24,859 nucleotides of DNA, taken from positions 1 to 24,859 of the IMG/VR virus record IMGVR_UViG_3300044455_000006. One strand, written 5' to 3'. Position numbers and translations under genes: made by a program. This stretch comes from a virus (lineage: Duplodnaviria; Caudoviricetes). The stretch's first letter is position 1. Each line of letters opens with the position of its first letter. The notes below the pieces were generated by a model, which did not search any database, had not been told where the DNA came from, and saw nothing but the letters and a program-made list of their open reading frames with translations. Shown here one piece after another: positions 18,709 to 24,859 of the stretch.

Positions 18709-19036
18709 TAACTAGTGCCCCTCGCATCAAAGTTTTGTTAGTTGGACTTGTAATTTGTAAACGATGTTTTCCTAGACCCTGACCGAATAGAGTCAAATCA
18801 GCGACAGCTATATGGAGAGTTATTTTTCCTGCTAGAGCATCAACGACTAACCGGCCGTTAGCTACGGTTGCGGAGATAGTCACTGCGCCAATCGTGAAAC
18901 TCCAGTCGAGGACGTAACCGGTGAGGTTGACCGCTGCGCCGTTGGAATCTTGGTGGAAGACTACGAAGTCGAGGTCGTCGGTAGTATCAACAAGCAACGC
19001 CTGCCGACTGCCCGTTAGGATTGTCAATGATGTCAT
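18698..19036 (-). CDS. BppU-N/Ig-like structural domain protein
   Basis: D.NG.AVNLTGY..G.ITL.I..D..HRLQI..TLMRG pattern; SD GGAGGT. Confidence 0.6.
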   Translation of the reverse strand: MTSLTILTGSRQALLVDTTDDLDFVVFHQDSNGAAVNLTGYVLDWSFTIGAVTISATVANGRLVVDALAGKITLHIAVADLTLFGQGLGKHRLQITSPTNKTLMRGALVNDT

Positions 19037-19543
19037 CTAGACCTCCTTTGCGGCTTTCTTCAACAGCCGCTCGGCGTAATCGACAGCAGCAGTCGCTTCA
19101 CCTTCAATTCGCTTCTCAGCTTCATCCTCAGTCTGAGGGATGTTGATTTGTAGTTGAAGCTTCGCTCGGTCTTCCCAGGTAGCTCCGAACTTCGCTACAC
19201 GTTGACGTAGCTCAGCTAGTAATCCGACGAGAGTCGTACCGGCAATCGGTCTATTCTTAACTTTGAAGATTTCGTTGTGCGCTATTGCACACTCAATCAT
19301 GTACTGCCAGTCGGTATCGCCCATCAGTTTGGCTTGTGGAGATGTTCTCCAAATCCTCCACCACTCCCTAGTTTGGTCACACCACGTAACCCCAGGGATT
19401 TCAGGTAGGTCTATCCCACGGAGAGTGGGAACTTCGTCAGAGTCGATAATCGTTTTATCGAAGCGTTTTGGAATTCGATTAACTCTTTGGTCTTCATCTT
19501 TCGGCGGAAGTCCCTTGTAAACGATCTTGAACACCTCCTTCAT
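19037..19543 (-). CDS. terS: Terminase small subunit (actinophage type)
   Basis: W..T.EWW..WRTSPQA..DW and ELRQRVAKFGATWEDR motifs. Confidence 0.85.
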   Translation of the reverse strand: MKEVFKIVYKGLPPKDEDQRVNRIPKRFDKTIIDSDEVPTLRGIDLPEIPGVTWCDQTREWWRIWRTSPQAKLMGDTDWQYMIECAIAHNEIFKVKNRPIAGTTLVGLLAELRQRVAKFGATWEDRAKLQLQINIPQTEDEAEKRIEGEATAAVDYAERLLKKAAKEV

Positions 19544-20436
19544 TATCTAAATTTTTGTATGGCACGCTGCACACCGTCTTCTATTGAGATCTTTGGGGTA
19601 TAGATTTCATTCAACCGACTCGGGTCGCCAACTCGATAGAAAACTCCAGTTGGTTTGTCTGTAAGGTATGTGATGTCGCAGTCTGCGTCGCCCGTAAGAA
19701 CTTCATGAGCTAACATCATCAATTCACCCATCTCAGTGCCGATACCAGTGCAGAGGTTTACTGGACGACGTTCGTCGGCGTCATAAACCGCTAAAGCTCC
19801 GTTAACGACATCATCAATATGAATCCAGTCTCGGGTTTGACCTTTCGGCCCCCACACTTCAAACTCTCCACGAACTGCACGACGGAGGATCGACGGGAAG
19901 GGATAGTCAAATGATTGGTCTTCGGCGTATCCACTGAACGGCCTGACGACATGTACCCTCAAGCCATTCTCACCAGCTACTTTTGCTAACCGTTCGCCTG
20001 TGAGTTTCGCCCAACCGTAATTGGCATCAGGCATAATCTCTGGGAACCAAGGGTAAGGGTCAAGATCGATATGTTGCTCTTTTAAAGGCATAAAGTCATG
20101 CCAGGACTGTAGACTCGTTGGGTACGCAGCAGATGAAGAGAAATACAACACTGCTTTCTGGCGAGTGCGGAGAGCCCAGTCAAACATCGAACTATCTAAC
20201 AACGTATTCTCGATGAGAGCAGTGTTGCGACCATCAATCATCACTCGACCACCGACGACATAAGCACAGTGGACTACAAGGTCGAATCTATCGGTCCCTC
20301 GCTGAAAATATTTTATTGCGTCGTTACCATCAACGATATCGATGCTCAGAACTCTAAAGTTCCTATTTTCGAGTTCTTTGATGATGTGGCGTCCAACAAA
20401 CCCCATCCCACCCGTTACTAAGGCTTGTTTAGGCAT
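19543..20436 (-). CDS. NAD-dependent NDP-sugar epimerase/dehydratase (extended SDR)
   Basis: TGGMGFVG, SSSAAY, YGWAK (YxxxK), QTRDWIHIDD. Confidence 0.93.
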   Translation of the reverse strand: MPKQALVTGGMGFVGRHIIKELENRNFRVLSIDIVDGNDAIKYFQRGTDRFDLVVHCAYVVGGRVMIDGRNTALIENTLLDSSMFDWALRTRQKAVLYFSSSAAYPTSLQSWHDFMPLKEQHIDLDPYPWFPEIMPDANYGWAKLTGERLAKVAGENGLRVHVVRPFSGYAEDQSFDYPFPSILRRAVRGEFEVWGPKGQTRDWIHIDDVVNGALAVYDADERRPVNLCTGIGTEMGELMMLAHEVLTGDADCDITYLTDKPTGVFYRVGDPSRLNEIYTPKISIEDGVQRAIQKFR

Positions 20437-21013
20437 AGAAACTCTTCCCTAAGATAATTTGGTTCCAGTCAACACGACGATAATTCAAAATAGAGAAGTG
20501 TTCACCGATAAGCCGAGTAAAACCCTCTTCATCCCATGCCCAAATGTGTTCATGGACATCTTCACAGATATGTTCTCCGGAAGGTTCGTTATCTGGCGAA
20601 CTAGCAACAACATACTTCGAGTTTTTAGCAATCCACTCAACTGCACGATGTGGGTCTGCAAGGTGTTCGAGGACTTCAGTTACGACCGTCAACTCTCCCC
20701 ACTTCGGCTCGAAATCGGGGTCGTTGAAGATATCGGCGAACTGAGCAGTGACGCCACGCTCTTCCCAACCCTCTTGATTAGCGGGACAGAAGTCATAGCC
20801 CCAACTGGGTATGTCCTTTATCAAAGACAACAACCCACCATCACCACAACCGAGGTCAACCACCGACTTCGGACTAACACCGCGAAGCATTTTCGCGGCC
20901 ATAAACAACCGACCACGTTGCCAATCCTGTTCGAGATGGGGAGCGCGCTCACGGTTTTGGTGATATTCGAACGTTGACGGATAATTAGAACGCTGTAAGC
21001 GACGTTCAGTCAT
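20429..21013 (-). CDS. Class I SAM-dependent methyltransferase
   Basis: VVDLGCGDG and EVLEHL motifs; start moved to ATG 21013 (MTERRL), which overlaps the stop of the upstream small ORF. Confidence 0.88.
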   Translation of the reverse strand: MTERRLQRSNYPSTFEYHQNRERAPHLEQDWQRGRLFMAAKMLRGVSPKSVVDLGCGDGGLLSLIKDIPSWGYDFCPANQEGWEERGVTAQFADIFNDPDFEPKWGELTVVTEVLEHLADPHRAVEWIAKNSKYVVASSPDNEPSGEHICEDVHEHIWAWDEEGFTRLIGEHFSILNYRRVDWNQIILGKSFYA

Positions 21014-21113
21014 CTTCATCATCCCAACCCCAACTATCAAGATCACATTCACCCGTACAGCAGCAACATACACAATCTTCGCTGTCTTCTTCTTCGAATT
21101 CTGATTCGGTCAT
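21006..21113 (-). CDS. 35-aa acidic Cys-rich peptide
   Basis: Hand translation MTESEFEEEDSEDCVCCCCTGECDLDSWGWDDEDD; SD AGGA; fills the gap exactly with an ATGACTGA overlap. Confidence 0.6.
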   Translation of the reverse strand: MTESEFEEEDSEDCVCCCCTGECDLDSWGWDDEDD

Positions 21114-21125
21114 TTTCTATTCCTA

Positions 21126-21566
21126 CTAATTCATTAAAGTAATAATAAGTGAAAGAATAATACCGGCCATCGCTACAGTGCCTAAGATAAACTGCCAACT
21201 ACGGTCTGCGCCGGATACCCTACCCTGCTGAGAAGAGACGAAATCAGTAAGAGGTCTCATTGTGATGTCGACTTTGTCAGCCATCGCTTTCAACTCTTGC
21301 TGGGTGACGGCTTGCGCTACGAAATCGGCATGTTGCTTCAACAATCCGTTATGTTGTTCATCTTTGTAAGTCTGGATCTGTCGAGCAAGATCTAGCGCGA
21401 CTTTATCGGCCTCTTCTTTGATTTTTAGAGCCTTCTCTTCAGCATTCTTTACCTCGGTATACCTACGGTCTCGCTCCTCGTGGAATTTAATGTCTGCATC
21501 ACGGATATCTGATAGATATTCTTTCAGAGAGATTCTGGCGTCTACCCGCCTCTGCTTCTCCTTCAT
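21126..21566 (-). CDS. Coiled-coil protein with C-terminal transmembrane helix
   Basis: ATG 21566 overlaps the upstream TGA (ATGA), SD GGGGGTG; hydrophobic C-terminus FILGTVAMAGIILSLIITLMN. Confidence 0.8.
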   Translation of the reverse strand: MKEKQRRVDARISLKEYLSDIRDADIKFHEERDRRYTEVKNAEEKALKIKEEADKVALDLARQIQTYKDEQHNGLLKQHADFVAQAVTQQELKAMADKVDITMRPLTDFVSSQQGRVSGADRSWQFILGTVAMAGIILSLIITLMN

Positions 21567-22135
21567 CGACACCCCCATATTTGGAAACAGTAACCATTGA
21601 CTCGTAGTGGGTCGTCCCAAGGGTTAGCTTCTCTATATTCCAACTTCTGCCACCCTGCGTCCCCTAGCATCATTCCCATAGCTTCTTTATCCCAAGCCCA
21701 ATAGTGTTCTGGATTCCCATCCCACTGAAAAGAGTTAGGCGTTGATAGGACAAGATGACTCGCCTTCTGGCGAATCAACTTCAACACAGACTCGGGATCA
21801 TCAAGATGTTCAATCGTCTCGCATAAGAAGAAGACATCGACATCCGGTATCTCGTAGATAGTCTTCTCGATAGGACCACGAAATTCGTAGCCGGGTGAGT
21901 AGTCACCGAGATACCACTGTAACGTAGGAAACTCTTTAGCCCAGTGGCCGTCGCCGCAACTTAAATCAGCGGCAGTTGATATTCCACCTCGACACAAGAT
22001 GTCTTGAGCAACCGTTCTAGTAACTTGAATCCTACGGACGTGATCCTGCCAATCCGGTTGCATCTCCCAGTGAGAGCTATAGATTCTCTTCAACTCATCA
22101 GCCGGATACTCAGACCGACACCTTTCGCGGTACAC
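21563..22135 (-). CDS. Class I SAM-dependent methyltransferase
   Basis: ADLSCGDG, ETIEHL, LVLSTP, NPEHYWAW; start moved to GTG 22135, 6 nt after GGAGG. Confidence 0.85.
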   Translation of the reverse strand: MYRERCRSEYPADELKRIYSSHWEMQPDWQDHVRRIQVTRTVAQDILCRGGISTAADLSCGDGHWAKEFPTLQWYLGDYSPGYEFRGPIEKTIYEIPDVDVFFLCETIEHLDDPESVLKLIRQKASHLVLSTPNSFQWDGNPEHYWAWDKEAMGMMLGDAGWQKLEYREANPWDDPLRVNGYCFQIWGCR

Positions 22136-22919
22136 GATGTTCCTCCAAAAAGATGTCGTCACGTAGTAGTAGTTCTTCATCGGGGGTAACTTTGTCGGCA
22201 TGATCAGGATAACGAACGGTGTCATCGGCATAGACCCCTTGAGCAACGAATCTCCCTAACGGCTCGATTGAACGAGGAATCCGAAATGGTAGCCGTTGGG
22301 ACATTCTCTCGAAGATGTTGTAACTCCCGATGTGAGCGAGAATTTTACGACGAGCAACAATCCAAACTGAATTCAAAAGAGCTATCTGATCTGTACCGTA
22401 GTAGTTTTCGTCAATTTGATTAGGTAGATGTTGGAGAGAGGCGTAAGCTTCTCTTTTGATTCCCCACATCCCACTCATCAATTCTCTTCCGTGGAAGTTA
22501 TGGTCACGCATCATATGGAAAGTCCAATCACTACCCAACCACTCTTCAACGGCATGTCTCTCCCGAGCCCACGGTCGGGAATCGACATCTCTAAAGATGA
22601 TGAAATCATAATCCCAAGCATCTTTGATTGCACTCATTCTCCACCATGTAGCAGTTTCATCTTCGTTGCCTTCGACGCGAACGAATTGGCAGTTGGGATT
22701 AGCTAGCAACAACTCTTTCTCCAAAGAGTGAGGCACAGTACCACCGAGATAGAAACGTAAACTCCAAGATGGCTGCCACTGCCGATAAAGAATGGCATTC
22801 TTTATAGCCCCGCCGTAGTAGATATCCTTACTTTCACCCTGATAACCTTGGATGTTACCATTTGTCCCCAGGAGCCTCGTACCATCACCAAAGAGGGTAA
22901 AGCTGACTAACCCTTTCAT
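22110..22919 (-). CDS. Putative GT-A-fold glycosyltransferase of a poorly characterised family
   Basis: VSFTLFG, GAIKN, WR, FRDVDSR (DxD), RE..AV.EW, FHMMRDH..H, GMWG, DQ; SD GGGAGGT. Confidence 0.7.
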   Translation of the reverse strand: MKGLVSFTLFGDGTRLLGTNGNIQGYQGESKDIYYGGAIKNAILYRQWQPSWSLRFYLGGTVPHSLEKELLLANPNCQFVRVEGNEDETATWWRMSAIKDAWDYDFIIFRDVDSRPWARERHAVEEWLGSDWTFHMMRDHNFHGRELMSGMWGIKREAYASLQHLPNQIDENYYGTDQIALLNSVWIVARRKILAHIGSYNIFERMSQRLPFRIPRSIEPLGRFVAQGVYADDTVRYPDHADKVTPDEELLLRDDIFLEEHRVPRKVSV

Positions 22920-23124
22920 CTCTACTTACCTCCCGACCGAAAAGATTGATGATGTACTCTTGAGCATCCCGTAAGGTTTCGAAATGAGGAACCATTATAC
23001 AAATACGACACTTCGTTCGAAATTTAATTATCGTCGTTCCATTAGAAAGAGAAAGTGGATGTATCGAGTAACTGACGACATCCCCCACGACGATCTCACC
23101 ACTGATGGTGAGTATGCTATCCAT
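22885..23124 (-). CDS. Hypothetical protein
   Basis: 79 aa, fills the gap, start overlaps the upstream stop. Confidence 0.55.
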   Translation of the reverse strand: MDSILTISGEIVVGDVVSYSIHPLSLSNGTTIIKFRTKCRICIMVPHFETLRDAQEYIINLFGREVSRDERVSQLYPLW

Positions 23125-23851
23125 CCTCAGTCTTCTTAGTCCGAGTACGCTTGACCTTCGGAGCGACTAGAACCTTCAGTTTCTCGACATCTGCTTCGAA
23201 CTCGCCAGAGTCGTTATAACGTCTGTACTCAGCGGAGTCCCAGTTGGCAACTTCAGAGTTGTTGACAGAGGCGTAGCCTTCGTCATGCCTACTCTTGCCA
23301 GCGAGATAATGCATATGCTCGATGATGACATCATCTAAATATCTAAGCCGATCGATCGCTTTACCCCAGTCCTTCCAGACAACATCAACACAAAGATGTT
23401 TGAAACCTAGAGGACACATATACCCGAGAGTGTTGACGACATCAACCGTCATTGCAACTTGGGTGGGAATGGCTTCCCCCTGGAAGAGATCGTTACCGTA
23501 TACGAATCCTGTTCCCATCGCCTTGAGAGCGTCAACGTACTTTCTATCCCATCCGAGTGTTCTAGGTCTATGGTCGTCTCCCATGAATCCAACCGCAAAT
23601 TCGAGGTAATTTTTGTAGCTGTCAAGACCGTGTTGTAATGCGCTAACCATCCCGCGACGAGTTGGCTCGACCACAACCACCTGTCCAATACCATTGAGGA
23701 GGGTGTAGTAGGTTGAGAGTGTTGGGTCATCTTTATCCACCAATATCACTAATTTAGTATCAAGTTCGCAGGTCTCCCGAAAGGACTCGTACATCTGGAC
23801 TGCATTCTTCGGTCGATTCCGGCTTGGAGTTAATATAGTCAATTCTGGCAT
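23117..23851 (-). CDS. Glycosyltransferase family 2-like (GT-A)
   Basis: ILTPSRNRP, VDKDD, GFMGDDH, VYGND, IEHMH motifs. Confidence 0.87.
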   Translation of the reverse strand: MPELTILTPSRNRPKNAVQMYESFRETCELDTKLVILVDKDDPTLSTYYTLLNGIGQVVVVEPTRRGMVSALQHGLDSYKNYLEFAVGFMGDDHRPRTLGWDRKYVDALKAMGTGFVYGNDLFQGEAIPTQVAMTVDVVNTLGYMCPLGFKHLCVDVVWKDWGKAIDRLRYLDDVIIEHMHYLAGKSRHDEGYASVNNSEVANWDSAEYRRYNDSGEFEADVEKLKVLVAPKVKRTRTKKTEDG

Positions 23852-24506
23852 CGATAATCTCTCTCATCTTCTGTGGTTGCTCGTAAGCATTCTGGTATTC
23901 AATTAACAACGCGACATCTTCTGGAAGCCATATTTCCCCTGTTGTAGGCCGAAAGTGTGGTAAACACATCAATATTCCGTGATGTTTAATCGGCATCCCA
24001 ACTAACGTCCGCGCTGCCGCGAGAAATGCTCTGTCATCGCATCCCCAACCAACTAATCTTGGGTCTTGACCACCAGCGGTAGTCCACGCCTCTGGCCTAC
24101 AAACCCAAATGCCACCCTCAGATTTACATTTGTCGATGATGCGACTTTTGATCTGTTCGGTTGTGGCGCCAAGCTGTAACCGGCGCATTCCTTTGTACTC
24201 GACATACCAGACCTCATGGAATGGGAAGTGCATCCTGCCGTCAACAGCAGCAGAAATTGCCGCGCGCAGCGCGGCTTCCTCTGGTACAGAGTCAGCATCA
24301 CAACAAACGACGACATCAGCTTTGTTATCTTTAGCTACGTCGAAGATTAGGTTACGTGTAGCAGAACGATTAAACCGAGAGTGGCCGCTATCAGCAGTGA
24401 ATACGAGGTCGAAATCATACATCGCCTGTAGTAGTTCGGTTGTGACGTTATACGCTTCAAGTCTGTCGTAGGTGTACCTCCATGGAAGACCTAACACCAC
24501 TTTCAT
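23760..24506 (-). CDS. Glycosyltransferase GT2/GT7-like (GT-A)
   Basis: LPWR, FNRSATRN, DAD (DxD), GGQDPRLVGWGCDD; ATG 24506 coupled by ATGA overlap (ORF track start 24518). Confidence 0.87.
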   Translation of the reverse strand: MKVVLGLPWRYTYDRLEAYNVTTELLQAMYDFDLVFTADSGHSRFNRSATRNLIFDVAKDNKADVVVCCDADSVPEEAALRAAISAAVDGRMHFPFHEVWYVEYKGMRRLQLGATTEQIKSRIIDKCKSEGGIWVCRPEAWTTAGGQDPRLVGWGCDDRAFLAAARTLVGMPIKHHGILMCLPHFRPTTGEIWLPEDVALLIEYQNAYEQPQKMREIIDARIDYINSKPESTEECSPDVRVLSGDLRT

Positions 24507-24661
24507 TTGAGATCCCATCTTTTATAAAGACGTATCCACAACCGGCCAGCCGTTCGACAACCCCAGTCGCCGTTGCGGTGCCATTTCTTTTCGTAATATA
24601 CGGGGAGCTTGTCTAACAAACCATCCAACCACTCTAGGAAGCCTACTATTCGATATTTCAT
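24503..24661 (-). CDS. 52-aa Trp-rich small protein
   Basis: Hand translation MKYRIVGFLEWLDGLLDKLPVYYEKKWHRNGDWGCRTAGRLWIRLYKRWDLK; SD AGGAGGTG; ATGA overlap with the downstream glycosyltransferase. Confidence 0.65.
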   Translation of the reverse strand: MKYRIVGFLEWLDGLLDKLPVYYEKKWHRNGDWGCRTAGRLWIRLYKRWDLK

Positions 24662-24663
24662 CG

Positions 24664-24734
24664 CACACCTCCTAAGAATCGAACTCAGACTAACAGGTTT
24701 GGAATCTGTTGTGCTACCATTACACCAGAGGCAT
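24664..24734 (-). tRNA. trnW: tRNA-Trp (CCA), weakly paired, no encoded CCA end
   Basis: ATGCCTC/GAGGTGT acceptor, GTGT-AATGGTA-GCAC D arm, ACAGA-TTCCAAA-CCTGT anticodon arm, CTGAG-TTCGATT-CTTAG T arm, discriminator G. Confidence 0.8.
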
Positions 24735-24738
24735 ATTG

Positions 24739-24812
24739 AGGCGGTGGGTAGATTCGAACTACCGATCCTCAGCTTATGAGACTGATGTCGTAGACCTCTG
24801 GACTACACCGCC
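24739..24812 (-). tRNA. tRNA with CAT anticodon (elongator Met most likely; Ile2 not excluded), no encoded CCA end
   Basis: GGCGGTG/CACCGCC acceptor, TCAGT-CTCATAA-GCTGA anticodon arm, GGTAG-TTCGAAT-CTACC T arm; paired G1-C72 and no GGG/CCC anticodon stem, so not an initiator. Confidence 0.9.
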
Positions 24813-24859
24813 ACGAGGCAGTAATTAACCCATCTGCCACGGGGAATAGGTGTAGGTCG

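Larger units (their letters stand above)
1..24859 (-). mobile_element. Tailed phage (siphovirus-like) packaging, head and tail gene region; phage versus prophage cannot be decided
   Basis: Co-oriented terS/terL/portal/scaffold/capsid/head-tail/major tail/chaperone/tape measure synteny; no host genes, integrase or att site in the window. Confidence 0.97.

Noticed and set aside
22136-22246. ORF-track N-terminal extension of the methyltransferase (also 21567..21620 and 21014..21073)
   Set aside because: They overlap upstream genes; better SD-supported or coupled starts lie downstream
23760-23851. 92-nt overlap between two glycosyltransferase genes as a possible frameshift fusion
   Set aside because: No slippery heptamer noticed and the downstream gene has its own plausible start; likely a simple C-terminal run-on
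24817-24838. GGCAG..CTGCC hairpin upstream of tRNA(CAT)
   Set aside because: Only 5 bp with a 12-nt loop; expected by chance
24843-24859. Possible 3' half of a third minus-strand tRNA (CGACC-TACAC-CTATTCC)
   Set aside because: Cut by the window edge; 17 nt is too little to call
1-24859. Stop-codon recoding, CRISPR array, DGR, intron or intein
   Set aside because: TAA, TAG and TGA all end genes normally; no repeat-spacer array or reverse transcriptase seen; terL, portal and capsid are of ordinary length

Overview
The whole window is the virion morphogenesis arm of a tailed dsDNA phage (siphovirus-like, proteins resembling actinophage families, roughly 50% GC by eye), almost all on the minus strand. 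In transcription order (right to left): tRNA(CAT) and tRNA-Trp; a sugar-modification cluster (three GT-A-type glycosyltransferases, two SAM methyltransferases, an NDP-sugar epimerase); terminase small subunit; seven putative fibre/decoration genes; terminase large subunit; portal; scaffold; major capsid; an antisense NUMOD4-EndoVII endonuclease; a GT4 glycosyltransferase; head-tail genes; major tail protein; tail assembly chaperones with a -1 frameshift; tape measure protein; and a truncated minor tail protein. Main leads: (1) TerL keeps its ATPase motifs but appears to have lost the nuclease aspartates; (2) the tRNA-Trp acceptor stem doubles as the Shine-Dalgarno of a Trp-rich ORF coupled to the glycosylation operon; (3) a probable virion glycosylation and methylation system with a Thr/Ser/Asn-rich repeat protein as candidate substrate; (4) an apparently circularly permuted zinc peptidase domain in the tape measure protein. 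Family assignments come from motif recognition by eye, not from database searches.
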